A stretch of DNA of 64,000 nucleotides, from positions 12,295 through 76,294 of the forward strand of contig CACPNW010000003.1 of NCBI GenBank assembly GCA_902635455.1, given 5' to 3'. The position numbers and the translations under genes were made by a program. The notes under the pieces are model-generated. The model worked only from the letters and a program-made list of their open reading frames with translations, did not search any database and was not told the origin of the DNA. The first letter of the stretch is position 1, and the number at the start of each line of letters is the position of its first letter. Shown here one piece after another: positions 8,386 through 18,721 of this stretch. Origin of the DNA: an uncultured Alphaproteobacteria bacterium. Its GTDB lineage: Bacteria > Pseudomonadota > Alphaproteobacteria > HIMB59 > GCA-002718135.

Positions 8386-10956
8386 ATGGTAGATGATTCA
8401 AATATTTTAGCAATACTTGGGCCAACCAATACTGGCAAAACTTATCTAGCTTTTGATAGGTTAATTTCATATAAATCGGGTATTTTTGGTTTCCCACTTA
8501 GGTTATTGGCAAGAGAAAATTATGACAAAGCAGTTAGAAAAATTGGTATAAATTTTGTAGCATTATTAACAGGTGAAGAAAAAATAGTTCCTAAAGAAGC
8601 AAAATATTTTTTTTGCACAGTTGAATCTATGCCTACTAATATTGAAGCAGAGTGTATTGTTATAGATGAAGTTCAACTTTCCACAGATTATGAAAGGGGA
8701 CACATATTTACTGATAGAATGCTCAACTATAGGGGGCTATATGAAACAATTTTTTTAGGATCAACTACTATTAAAGATGTTCTTGTTAATCTTTTTCCAA
8801 ATATAAAAATCGATTATAGAAATAGGTTTTCAAAATTATCATTTCTTCCTAAAAAAAATATTTCTAAACTACAGCCTAGGTCAGCAATAATTGCATTTAA
8901 TGTTAATAAAGTTTATGAAATTGCTGAGTTTTTAAGGTCACAGAAGGGAGGGGCAGCCGTTGTTCTAGGATCATTAAGTCCTCGCACTAGAAACGCACAA
9001 GTAGAAATTTATGAGGATAAAAAAGTTGATTATTTGGTTGCGACTGATGCTATTGGCATGGGTTTAAATTTAAATATTAATCATGTTGCTTTTACATCAT
9101 TTCAAAAATTTGACGGAAAATATAATCGTAATTTATTTCCAATTGAAATTGGACAAATTGCTGGAAGAGCAGGTCGTTACAAAAATGATGGAACGTTTGG
9201 CCATTCTAAAGAAGCAGGAATTCTAGATCCGAAGACTATATATGCTATTGAGAATCACGAATTTGATAAAGTTCAGAAAATATATTGGCGTAATTCAAAT
9301 ATTGACTTTTCTTCGATAAATTCTGTTTTAAATTCTTTAAAACAATACCCAGTTAAAAATTTATTTATACACAAAAAAAATGCTGAAGATGAAATTAATT
9401 TTAGATCGTTAATAGAAGATGAAAGTATAAAAAAAAATTTAAACTCTTCAACTAATATTAGTTTGCTTTGGGATGTATGCAGAATTCCTGATTTTCAAAA
9501 AATTTTTAATGATACTTATTTAAATTTTCTTAAAGACATTTTTTTACTTTTAATTAATAATGAAAATAAGATACCAGAGGATTGGTTTAGTAAAAAAATT
9601 ATCAAATTAGGAAAATATCAAGGAGGCATCGAAGAATTATCTGGAAAAATTTCTCAAATAAGAACATGGACATATATTTCAAACCATGGAAAATGGCTTA
9701 ATAATTCTAATTATTGGCAAGAAAAAACTCTTCATATTGAAAACGCATTATCAGACCAGCTTCACACTAGCCTAACAAATAGATTTGTTGATGTTTCAGC
9801 TAGTTATTTTTTAGAGGCGGGAATGAAGGGGGTAGAACCAAAAGTTGAGATAAATGAAAAATTAGTTATGCTAAATGGACAAAAATATGGAATTGTTAAT
9901 GGATTTGATTTAAAGTTGGATAATATTGATTTTTCACACTCTCTTTTTTCTTTATCACATGTTAAAAAATCAATTAGAAATATGATTGAAGATAAAATAG
10001 ACAATTTTTTAAATGCACCTCATGATTCTATTAATTTTGGTAATATTCAGAAAATTGATTTAGATAAAGATATAAAAATTTACTGGGGAGAAGAACAAAT
10101 AGGAATTTTATATAAAGGAAGTAATGTTTATTCCCCTAGAGCAGAATCAATAAATGCTGAGTTTATTAATTCCGAAAAGAAATTATTAATTTCAGCAAAA
10201 CTTCAAGATTGGATTGATAAAAAGATAGGTGAAGAATTAAAGCCTATTAAAGACAACCCAGGTGAAGAAGTTTCATCTCAAGTAAGAGCCATATCCTTTA
10301 ATACCTTTAGTCAACTAGGAACACTTTTGATTGATAAACATAGATCATTTGTAAAAAATATTAGTGATATTGAGAAAAGTCAGATTTCAAAGCTTGGCAT
10401 AAGAATAGGTGCTAAATATTTTTTTACACCTAATTTTTTAAAAAAATCAGCAATGGAATTATGTGCAATATTATGGAAGGTTTATAATGAATATTCTGCT
10501 AGTTCTACTTTTCCTTTGCCAAAGGATGGAAGGGTTTCTTTTGAGCATGATAACAAAATACCTGAAAGTTATTGGTTATCAATTGGCTATTGTAATCTTG
10601 AAAATTTTGCTCTTCGAGTTGATATATTCGAAAAAATTTTTTATTTAGCAAGACAAAAAATTAAATTAGGACCTTTTATTGAATCAGCTGATATGATGAA
10701 TCCTGTTGGATGCAATTCGGATCAATTAAAAAAAATATTAATTTATTGTGGGTATGAATGTTTGCAATTAGAGAATGATAAAAAACTATTTTATTATACT
10801 GATAAGAAAAAAGTACAAAGAAAGTTTACAAAAAAGAAAACAATAAATATAAGAACCAATTCAAAAAAAATAAGTAAAAAATTTGAAAGAACACAAAAAA
10901 AATCTGATCCTAATTCTCCTTTTGCAGTTTTAGGAAATTACTTTAATACAAAGTAG
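8386..10956 (+). CDS. SF2 (Suv3/MgpS-like) helicase conserved in Alphaproteobacteria
   Basis: GPTNTGKT, PLRLLARE, DEVQ, ATDAIGMGLN, QIAGRAGR and C-terminal DPNSPFAVL; ATG at 8386. Confidence 0.88.
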   Translation: MVDDSNILAILGPTNTGKTYLAFDRLISYKSGIFGFPLRLLARENYDKAVRKIGINFVALLTGEEKIVPKEAKYFFCTVESMPTNIEAECIVIDEVQLSTDYERGHIFTDRMLNYRGLYETIFLGSTTIKDVLVNLFPNIKIDYRNRFSKLSFLPKKNISKLQPRSAIIAFNVNKVYEIAEFLRSQKGGAAVVLGSLSPRTRNAQVEIYEDKKVDYLVATDAIGMGLNLNINHVAFTSFQKFDGKYNRNLFPIEIGQIAGRAGRYKNDGTFGHSKEAGILDPKTIYAIENHEFDKVQKIYWRNSNIDFSSINSVLNSLKQYPVKNLFIHKKNAEDEINFRSLIEDESIKKNLNSSTNISLLWDVCRIPDFQKIFNDTYLNFLKDIFLLLINNENKIPEDWFSKKIIKLGKYQGGIEELSGKISQIRTWTYISNHGKWLNNSNYWQEKTLHIENALSDQLHTSLTNRFVDVSASYFLEAGMKGVEPKVEINEKLVMLNGQKYGIVNGFDLKLDNIDFSHSLFSLSHVKKSIRNMIEDKIDNFLNAPHDSINFGNIQKIDLDKDIKIYWGEEQIGILYKGSNVYSPRAESINAEFINSEKKLLISAKLQDWIDKKIGEELKPIKDNPGEEVSSQVRAISFNTFSQLGTLLIDKHRSFVKNISDIEKSQISKLGIRIGAKYFFTPNFLKKSAMELCAILWKVYNEYSASSTFPLPKDGRVSFEHDNKIPESYWLSIGYCNLENFALRVDIFEKIFYLARQKIKLGPFIESADMMNPVGCNSDQLKKILIYCGYECLQLENDKKLFYYTDKKKVQRKFTKKKTINIRTNSKKISKKFERTQKKSDPNSPFAVLGNYFNTK

Positions 10957-10967
10957 AAAGGTAAAAA

Positions 10968-11432
10968 TTGTTAGAAACTATATTTAAAATATTTAAAAAT
11001 TCAGATGATCAAAATACAGAAAATAAATCTGATGATTTAACAATTTTATGTGGATTAATGATTGAAGCTGCTAACACAGATGGAAAGTTAGCTAAGGAAG
11101 AGATAGAAAAAATATCACAAATATTGATTAATAATTTTAAAGAAAACCCTGAAGACGTTAACAAGACTTTAAAAATTGCTATTGAAAATAAAGATGAGCC
11201 TAAGTCTTTACATTATTATACTTCAAAGATTAATAAAAATTTTGAAACAGAAAAAAAGTTAATAATTATTGAAACTTTATGGGAGGTTATTCTTTCTGAT
11301 GGTGAGATTCATGATTTTGAATCTAATCTTATACGTAGACTTGCTGGATTACTTTATATTTCTGATGTTAGTTGTGGCAATGCTAAGAGAAAAGCTCTAG
11401 AAAAAATTAATATAACAAAAAGTACAGAATGA
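10968..11432 (+). CDS. TerB-family (tellurite resistance TerB-like) protein
   Basis: EAANTDG and [26 protein letters not shown] TerB-type helical repeats. Confidence 0.8.
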   Translation: MLETIFKIFKNSDDQNTENKSDDLTILCGLMIEAANTDGKLAKEEIEKISQILINNFKENPEDVNKTLKIAIENKDEPKSLHYYTSKINKNFETEKKLIIIETLWEVILSDGEIHDFESNLIRRLAGLLYISDVSCGNAKRKALEKINITKSTE

Positions 11433-11761
11433 CATATGTAGTTGATGAAAAGTGTATAAAATGTAAGCACATGGACTGTGTTGATGTTTGTCCTGTTGAT
11501 TGTTTTTATGAAGGAGAAAATATGCTTGTAATTCATCCAGATGAATGTATTGACTGCGGAGTGTGCGAACCTGAATGCCCTGTTGAAGCTATTCATTCTG
11601 ATACTGAAGAAGGAATGGAAAAATGGGCTGAGATCAATAGAAAGTATTCTGAAAAATGGCCTGTAATTGCGGAAAAAAAAGAACCTCCTAGTGATGCAAA
11701 GGAATGGGATGGGGTAGAAAATAAATTTGAAAAATTTTTTAGTGAAAATCCAGGTAAATAA
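11429..11761 (+). CDS. fdxA: Ferredoxin FdxA (7Fe/8Fe type)
   Basis: [27 protein letters not shown]...[13 protein letters not shown]. Confidence 0.93.
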   Translation: MTYVVDEKCIKCKHMDCVDVCPVDCFYEGENMLVIHPDECIDCGVCEPECPVEAIHSDTEEGMEKWAEINRKYSEKWPVIAEKKEPPSDAKEWDGVENKFEKFFSENPGK

Positions 11762-12265
11762 ATGAGCACAAAACAAAACCCAAATTTTGATATTGGTGAA
11801 ATAGTTGTATATCCAAAACATGGTGTTGGTGAAATTGTTAAATTAGAGACCATGGAAATCTCAAGTATTAAAACTAAATTTTATATTGTTAAAATGGAAC
11901 AAGGAAAACTTACTATTAGGGTACCTCTCGATAAACAAAAAGAAGTTGGTCTGAGAAAAATATGTTCTAAAAAAACAATTAATCAAGTATTTGAAATATT
12001 AAAATTAAAACCAAAAATAAGAAGAATTATGTGGAGCAGAAGAGCACAAGAATATGATGGAAAAATATTTTCTGGCGATCCAATAAAAATAGCCGAAGTA
12101 GTAAGGGATCTTTTTAGAAAAAACAATCAACCAGAACAGTCATATAGTGAAAGACAAATGTTCCAAATAGCTTTAGAGAGATTAGCTAGAGAGGTGGCTG
12201 CTGTAGAAAAAACAGATTATTTTCAATCAACAGAAAAAATAGAAAATATTTTAAACAATAAGTAA
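11762..12265 (+). CDS. carD: CarD family RNA polymerase-binding regulator
   Basis: VVYPKHGVG, MWSRRAQEY, IAEVVRDL, QPEQSYSERQ. Confidence 0.93.
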   Translation: MSTKQNPNFDIGEIVVYPKHGVGEIVKLETMEISSIKTKFYIVKMEQGKLTIRVPLDKQKEVGLRKICSKKTINQVFEILKLKPKIRRIMWSRRAQEYDGKIFSGDPIKIAEVVRDLFRKNNQPEQSYSERQMFQIALERLAREVAAVEKTDYFQSTEKIENILNNK

Positions 12266-12276
12266 ATAGAAATATT

Positions 12277-13089
12277 TTGAAAACTGAATCTAACTTTATC
12301 GAATTTAATAATACAAAAAGAATATGGGCTATAGGCTCCATTCATTCAAATTATAATTCTTTAAAATCAATAAATAATCATATTGAAAAAAATTTTACTA
12401 ATGGAGATAAGCTAGTTTTTTTAGGCAATATTATTGGCTTAGGAGATAAAGCAAAAGAAACTATTAATAGCATTCTTTCATTAAGAGTTGCGCTGATGGC
12501 AAAATTTTTTTTGAAACCAAATGAGATTGTTTTCTTAAGAGGAGCACAAGAAGAAATGTTTCTTAAATTAATGCAATTACAAACAGCACCAAATCCTGAA
12601 GACATTGTATCCTGGATGTTCGATCATGGAGTTGGTAGTACATTAGAATCATATGGTTTTTTAAAAGATGAATTAAAAAAAATTTCATCACAAGGAACAC
12701 TTTCAATTTCAAAATGGACATCAAGACTTAATTATGAACTCTCTAAAAATACAGGGCATAAAGAATTTTTTTCAAATTTAAAACATGCAGCATTTAGTTC
12801 CACAAAAAAAATTTTGTTTGTTAATAGAGGTGTAGATATTTCAAGACCTTTGTCTGCGCAAAATGATTGTTTTTGGTGGGGTTATCAAAATTTTTCTAAA
12901 ATTGATAAACCATATAATAGCTTTGTTAGAATCGTAAGAGGTTATCAATCTACTTCTAATGTAAAATTTGAAAATGTAAAAAACACAATAGTTTGTACTT
13001 TGTTTAATCAGCCCATATCTAATAAAAACATATTAGGAGGAATTTTTCAGGAAAATGGGGATATTTTAGATTTATTTGAGTCGGAATAA
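12277..13089 (+). CDS. Calcineurin-like metallophosphoesterase-fold protein with degenerate metal ligands
   Basis: IGSIHS / FLGNIIG / LRGAQEE / FVNRG occupy the positions of GDxHG / GDxxD / GNHE / FVHAG. Confidence 0.65.
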   Translation: MKTESNFIEFNNTKRIWAIGSIHSNYNSLKSINNHIEKNFTNGDKLVFLGNIIGLGDKAKETINSILSLRVALMAKFFLKPNEIVFLRGAQEEMFLKLMQLQTAPNPEDIVSWMFDHGVGSTLESYGFLKDELKKISSQGTLSISKWTSRLNYELSKNTGHKEFFSNLKHAAFSSTKKILFVNRGVDISRPLSAQNDCFWWGYQNFSKIDKPYNSFVRIVRGYQSTSNVKFENVKNTIVCTLFNQPISNKNILGGIFQENGDILDLFESE

Positions 13090-13142
13090 ATTAAAAATAA
13101 TTTTTTATTTGATAGTATAGTTTTTTTCAATATTGTTAATTT

Positions 13143-13673
13143 ATGACATTTAAAAAAACCTTAATTCTAATTTTTTTTATGTGTAATTCGGTATTTGCTG
13201 CCGGTTATGATGTTTATGGAATAGGCTTATATGATGTTAAGTTTGATGGCACATCTTCACAAAGTGCAACAGATCTAAGATATGAAAGACGTTTTGATAA
13301 TGTATTATTTGATATAGGACCAGAAGCTGATAACTTCTTTTATCTAAAGCCATTTGCAGGAATAGAAGTGACTTCAGACTCAGCTTATTATCTTCTTGGA
13401 GGTTTTTACCTAGAAGACAATTTAGGAAAACTTTTTACTGGCGAAAGGTCTAGTTATATATTTACTCCAAGTTTTGGTGCAGGTTATTATGAAGATGGTG
13501 ATGGTAAAAAACTTGGTAACAATTTAGAGTTTAGAACAACACTTGAAATTAGTTACGAATTAAAAAACAAAAATAGAATAGGACTCTCAATTGGACATAT
13601 ATCTAATGCTAACATTGGAGATAAAAATCCTGGTGCAGAAATTATTTCTTTAAGCTACCAAATACCCTATTAA
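13143..13673 (+). CDS. Outer-membrane acyloxyacyl hydrolase (PagL-like lipid A 3-O-deacylase)
   Basis: Signal peptide, beta-barrel pattern, LGxxLEFR, HISNA catalytic His-Ser, NPGAE, aromatic C-terminus. Confidence 0.8.
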   Translation: MTFKKTLILIFFMCNSVFAAGYDVYGIGLYDVKFDGTSSQSATDLRYERRFDNVLFDIGPEADNFFYLKPFAGIEVTSDSAYYLLGGFYLEDNLGKLFTGERSSYIFTPSFGAGYYEDGDGKKLGNNLEFRTTLEISYELKNKNRIGLSIGHISNANIGDKNPGAEIISLSYQIPY

Positions 13674-14656
13674 GAAAACAGAATTTCTTTTTGATCTTTT
13701 GTAAATTGTAGAAAAGTTTTTTCTAGAGCCTCTATTTTATTTTCTTTCATATTCTTATGAATTTCTAATTTATATTTTTTACTGTTTGGTATTCCAAAAA
13801 AAATTTGAAGCAAAGGACTTAAAAGTCTAAAAATTGAATCTTTTCCTATGTTTGGTTTTATAAACTCAAAATATTCATGTATTGTATTTTCGTTGAACGT
13901 ATTATTTGAAGATCCATAAAAAATACTATCTATCTTTCTTAAACAAAAAGGATTGTTTTGTATTAATCTTCCAAGCATAACACCATCAAATTCCTTAGTT
14001 AAGTTATAAGCATATTCCAAATTGTTTATTCCACCATTTAGAATAAAATTAATATTAGGATATTTTTTTTTTATTTTTTTAACAAATTCATAATTTAGAG
14101 GTGGAATACTTCTATTTCCTTTCGGACTTATGCCATTAAGAATAGCGTTTCTAGCATGTACATAAATTATTCTAATTCCACTTTTTTCTATTTCATCTAT
14201 AAATTCTTCAAAAAATTCATAATTAAAAACTTTACCAATACCTATTCTACATTTCATGGATACTTCAATGTTGTTTTTTTGCATCGATTCAATGCATTTC
14301 CGGACCAAATGTTTATCTTTCATCAAACATGCACCAAAACTACCTTTTTGAACAGCTTTGCTAGGACAACCAACGTTAAGATTAATTTCATCGTAATTTA
14401 AAGATTTTGCAATATCTGAACATTTTGATAGATCAAGCGGATCTGACCCACCTACTTGAATAGCAATAGGATTTTGTTGGTCATTTTTAATTATAAGATT
14501 TTTATTTTGTGAATGTATCATAGTTTTAGTTGCAATCATTTCAGTAAATAAAAAAGTTTTTTTTGATAAAATTCTATAAAGTCTTCTGGCGTAAGGAGTT
14601 GTATATCCCATCATAGGGGCCACACAAAATTTTCTGTCAGGTATATTTGGTTTCAT
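13670..14656 (-). CDS. dusA: tRNA dihydrouridine synthase DusA
   Basis: VAPMMG, NLNVGCPS, GSFGACLM, VHARNA, NRSIPPL. Confidence 0.85.
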   Translation of the reverse strand: MKPNIPDRKFCVAPMMGYTTPYARRLYRILSKKTFLFTEMIATKTMIHSQNKNLIIKNDQQNPIAIQVGGSDPLDLSKCSDIAKSLNYDEINLNVGCPSKAVQKGSFGACLMKDKHLVRKCIESMQKNNIEVSMKCRIGIGKVFNYEFFEEFIDEIEKSGIRIIYVHARNAILNGISPKGNRSIPPLNYEFVKKIKKKYPNINFILNGGINNLEYAYNLTKEFDGVMLGRLIQNNPFCLRKIDSIFYGSSNNTFNENTIHEYFEFIKPNIGKDSIFRLLSPLLQIFFGIPNSKKYKLEIHKNMKENKIEALEKTFLQFTKDQKEILFS

Positions 14657-14668
14657 AAAAGCTTTATT

Positions 14669-15469
14669 TTATAAATAACTATGTTTTTTTGATGGAAATT
14701 TTTTATCTTTTACATCTTTAGCGTAATTATCTACAGCGTCACTAATAGCTTTCTTAAGATTCATATACTGCTTAATAAAACGAGGTTTTTTGAAAGAAGA
14801 ATCAATGTTTAGTATGTCATTGATTACAACTACTTGACCATCACAATATTTTGAAGACCCTATACCGATTGTAGGTATATTGATGGCACTTGTAATTTTT
14901 TTAGCTAAATCCTGTTTAACACATTCTAAAACAATAAATTTTGCACCAGCTCTTTCTAAATTGATTGCTTGAGACATTAATGATTTATTTTCTTTTTCAG
15001 TTTTTCCTACACTTTTTATTTTATTAAAATTTTTAAATTTTTGTGGGTTAACACCTATATGTCCAACAACATTAATACCATTATCTGAAAGGTGTTTTAT
15101 AATTTCAATATTTTGTTTATCAGTTTCTAGTTTTAAAAAATCACATTTTGTGTATTTAATTATTTCTTTAGCATTTTTTAAAGCTATGTACTTGCTATTA
15201 TAGGTATTGAAAGGCATATCAATTATGCACAAAGACTCTTTTATATTATTAGCAACTGCTTTTCCATGTTCTTTAATCATTTGTAGCGTTACTGATTGAG
15301 TATTTTTCATACCATATAATACAGTGCCTAAAGAATCTCCAACTAAAACAAGATCTACTTTTCCATCAATGATTTTAGCAATAGAAATCGTATAAGCAGT
15401 TAAGCAGGTTATAGGCTTAATGTTTTTTTTATTTAGTAATATTTGATATTTTGATTTTATATTGTTCAT
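14669..15469 (-). CDS. panB: 3-methyl-2-oxobutanoate hydroxymethyltransferase
   Basis: CLTAY, LVGDSLG, DMPF, KLE, GHIG, IPTIGIG, CDGQV. Confidence 0.93.
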   Translation of the reverse strand: MNNIKSKYQILLNKKNIKPITCLTAYTISIAKIIDGKVDLVLVGDSLGTVLYGMKNTQSVTLQMIKEHGKAVANNIKESLCIIDMPFNTYNSKYIALKNAKEIIKYTKCDFLKLETDKQNIEIIKHLSDNGINVVGHIGVNPQKFKNFNKIKSVGKTEKENKSLMSQAINLERAGAKFIVLECVKQDLAKKITSAINIPTIGIGSSKYCDGQVVVINDILNIDSSFKKPRFIKQYMNLKKAISDAVDNYAKDVKDKKFPSKKHSYL

Positions 15470-15575
15470 AGAACTATTTGACGCTAAATTTAATAATCTC
15501 CTATTTCTTTACTCAAGTATTATATAATTGTAACATTAAAGTTATATATATATAAATATATTTTGGTTCTATAGT

Positions 15576-17336
15576 ATGAAAAATTATTTTTCTGAAATAT
15601 TCTATCTTTTAGGCAATACCCGAAAACACTTGCCAATATTAATAATATTATTCGTTTTATCTTCAATACTTGACTTAATAGGACTAGGTATTGTTGCTCC
15701 ATATGTTTCTCTTGTACTTAACATCAGTCCATTAGATGGTATGTTAGGAGATATAGTAGGTATATTTGGTATCAAAAAAAATCATGAAACTATTTTAATT
15801 ATATTAGGTTTATTTTTATTTATAACATTTTTATTAAAAGCTATTGCTGTAATTGCTATTAATTGGTCTATTGTTAGTTTTAGTCTTAATCAGCAGACTC
15901 GTTTACGTTCTATACTTATGAATAAGTATCAGAACATGCCATATATTGATTATTTAACAAGAAACAGCTCTGAATATATTCATCAAATACAAAATTTAAC
16001 AGCTCAATATTCAAGTGCAGTTGTTTTACCACTACTAAGAATGCTGAGTGATGGCATAGTGGGTGTAGTTATAATCTCATTACTTGCTTGGAATAATGGA
16101 CCAGCTTTACTTCTTATGATTTTCTTGTTTGGAAGTTTTGTAATTATTTATGATTTATTTTTTAGGAATAAGTTGCGTTCATATGGAAAGTTATCAAATG
16201 AAGCCTTACAAAAAGTTATTAAGGGAGTTCAAGAGGGTATTAGAGGTTTAAAAGAAATTAGAACATTAAGAAAAGAAGAATATTTTTATTCAAAAGTTTA
16301 TGAAGGCGCTAAACAATATGCCCTTAACCACACAAAAAATCAGGTTGTTTCTTCCTCACCTCGTTATTTATTAGAGTTTACTATGATTTGTTTTGTTGTT
16401 TTTCTTGTTATTATAACAATTTTAATCGGTGGTAGTTTACAAAATCTTGCACCAACTTTAGCCTTATTTGGTGTTGCAGCTCTAAGACTTTTACCAATGA
16501 TAAATAATTTTTCGACTGGTTTCTTACACCTCAGGTATAATCGTCATGCAGTTTCACAATTATACTTAGATATGAAAAATATCAAATCAAGACATGCTAA
16601 TAATTTAGAAGTCTTGTCTAATGATATAAATCAAAATTTATTTAAAAATATAATTCTTGAAAAAGTTAATTTTTCTTATCCTAACACAACCTTTAAGGCT
16701 CTTGATCAAATTTCTTTAGAAATAAAAGCAGGAGAGTCTGTTGGACTAATAGGAGCTTCTGGTTGTGGAAAAACCACACTTGTAAATCTTTTGCTAAGTT
16801 TACTAGAGCCTGAAAGCGGAAATATTAAATATAATAATATGCCATTAAATAAAAATACAGATAATTGGCTTTCTCAGATTGCTTATTTACCTCAAGATGT
16901 TTTTTTAATTGATAATACTTTAGAGTGCAATGTTGCCTTAGGTCTAGAAGAAGATGAAATCGACAGAAATAATTTAAATGAAGCAATTAAACAGGCTCGA
17001 TTAGAAGATTTAATTAACACATTTGCTAAAGGCACTAAAACAATAATTGGAGAGCAGGGTATTCGCCTTTCTGGAGGTCAGCGTCAAAGAGTTGCATTAG
17101 CTAGGGCATTTTATCATAATCGCAATGTATTAGTTATGGATGAGGCAACTAGTGCATTGGATAATGAAACTGAGCTTGAAGTTATTAATGAAATAAAACA
17201 ACTTAAGGGTAAAAAAACATTAATTGTAATAGCACACAGGTTAAACACTGTTCAGCATTGTGATGTAGTTTATAAGATGGAAAAGGGAAAGATTATAAGC
17301 TTTGGAAATCCAAGTGAAATTATAAGCTCTTTATAA
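15576..17336 (+). CDS. ABC exporter with fused permease/ATPase (PglK/HetA-like glycan-export type)
   Basis: TM domain followed by GASGCGKT, LSGGQRQR, DEATSALD, IAHRL; RLLP motif at the end of the TMD. Confidence 0.85.
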   Translation: MKNYFSEIFYLLGNTRKHLPILIILFVLSSILDLIGLGIVAPYVSLVLNISPLDGMLGDIVGIFGIKKNHETILIILGLFLFITFLLKAIAVIAINWSIVSFSLNQQTRLRSILMNKYQNMPYIDYLTRNSSEYIHQIQNLTAQYSSAVVLPLLRMLSDGIVGVVIISLLAWNNGPALLLMIFLFGSFVIIYDLFFRNKLRSYGKLSNEALQKVIKGVQEGIRGLKEIRTLRKEEYFYSKVYEGAKQYALNHTKNQVVSSSPRYLLEFTMICFVVFLVIITILIGGSLQNLAPTLALFGVAALRLLPMINNFSTGFLHLRYNRHAVSQLYLDMKNIKSRHANNLEVLSNDINQNLFKNIILEKVNFSYPNTTFKALDQISLEIKAGESVGLIGASGCGKTTLVNLLLSLLEPESGNIKYNNMPLNKNTDNWLSQIAYLPQDVFLIDNTLECNVALGLEEDEIDRNNLNEAIKQARLEDLINTFAKGTKTIIGEQGIRLSGGQRQRVALARAFYHNRNVLVMDEATSALDNETELEVINEIKQLKGKKTLIVIAHRLNTVQHCDVVYKMEKGKIISFGNPSEIISSL

Positions 17337-18185
17337 ACTTCCCATTTTGCCATTTTGAAAATCAAGTATTGCTTGTTTCATATCCCCTTCAGTATTTGTC
17401 ACAAATGGCCCATGCCTAACTACAGGCTCATTTAGAGGCTCACCAGCCAAAACTAAGTAAGACCCAGTGGGCGATATCGAAATTAGATTAATCATGTCAG
17501 AAGATTGATCAAGATAAATCATCTGTCCTTTACGAGCAATTTGATTGTCCTCATGAAATTTTAGCTCACCATCTATTACATACACCATTACTGTTTGATT
17601 TTTTGAGATATCTAAATCAATCAAGCTTGGTTTAGCAAACTGAACATCAAAGATTGAAACTGGGGAGTAAGTTTGAACAGCTGAAGAAATGTTTTTAACT
17701 TTACCAACCAATACTTTTAATAAAACATCATTACCCTCATCTATTGTAGGAATGTCATTTTTTTTAATATGTTGATACCAAGGTTTCACTTTTTTATTTT
17801 TTTGAGGAAGATTTACCCAAATCTGTAAACCCTGCATTACTCCCCCACTATTTTTAAATTTATCTGTCACTAATTCGGAGTGAATGAGACCTGAACCAGT
17901 TGTCATCCATTGAATGTCTCCAGTTTCAATAGCTGCTTGACCACCCCATGAATCTTTATGTTCAACTTCCCCACCTAATAAATATGTTATAGCTTCAAAC
18001 CCACAGTGAGGATGGGCAGGTACACCCGTTGCTCCTCCTGGCTCATAATTTATTGGTCCAAAATGATCAAATAACAGAAACGGATCATTTTCTCTCATTT
18101 CAGGAACAGGGAAGGCTCTTGTCACAGGAATGCCATCCCCTTCAAAAGTTTTCATACAATCTTTAATCATAACAATTTTTCTCAT
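17331..18185 (-). CDS. Pirin family protein
   Basis: DPFLLFDH, HPHCGFE, HKDS, WMTTGSGLIHSE, QIWVNLP, GPFV. Confidence 0.92.
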   Translation of the reverse strand: MRKIVMIKDCMKTFEGDGIPVTRAFPVPEMRENDPFLLFDHFGPINYEPGGATGVPAHPHCGFEAITYLLGGEVEHKDSWGGQAAIETGDIQWMTTGSGLIHSELVTDKFKNSGGVMQGLQIWVNLPQKNKKVKPWYQHIKKNDIPTIDEGNDVLLKVLVGKVKNISSAVQTYSPVSIFDVQFAKPSLIDLDISKNQTVMVYVIDGELKFHEDNQIARKGQMIYLDQSSDMINLISISPTGSYLVLAGEPLNEPVVRHGPFVTNTEGDMKQAILDFQNGKMGSL

Positions 18186-18295
18186 AATATCCTAAATGGT
18201 TATCAATTTATTAATTTCAATTTTTTTATATATTCATGTGACTTCCATCACAAAAAGGTTGATTGAAAATAACTACGCAGGTATTGTTAATTTAT

Positions 18296-18721
18296 ATGCA
18301 TAATTTTACACCTTTAAGTGCAACTATTGGTGGTGTGATCATAGGATGTGCAGTTGTTTTATTTTTTTTAACTACTGGAAGATTAGCTGGCATTAGTGGA
18401 ATTTTTGCAAATGCTATTTTTAATAAAACAAATAGAGGCTCTAATTTAATGTTTCTTCTAGGTTTATTTTTAGGACCTTTAGGATATTATTTTTTTAGTG
18501 ATGCTAATAAATATTTCGAAATCACTAACTCTTATATATTGGTTATTATAGCAGGTATTTTAGTTGGTTTAGGAACACGTATGGGTGGCGGCTGTACATC
18601 TGGTCATGGGATATGTGGCATTAGCAGATTTTCAATAAGATCTATTATTGCTACAATTAGTTTTATTGTTACTGGATTTATTACTGTTTTTATACTTCAA
18701 TATTTTGGATTTTACTTATGA
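18296..18721 (+). CDS. YeeE/YedE family sulfur-compound transporter subunit
   Basis: GRLAGISG and GGGCTSGHGICG; ATG at 18296. Confidence 0.88.
   Translation: MHNFTPLSATIGGVIIGCAVVLFFLTTGRLAGISGIFANAIFNKTNRGSNLMFLLGLFLGPLGYYFFSDANKYFEITNSYILVIIAGILVGLGTRMGGGCTSGHGICGISRFSIRSIIATISFIVTGFITVFILQYFGFYL

Noticed and set aside
8386-11432. Helicase plus TerB as a Shango-like anti-phage system
   Set aside because: The helicase is the conserved housekeeping Suv3/MgpS type in its normal fdxA-carD context, the TerB protein is a short stand-alone type, and no partner ATPase is present
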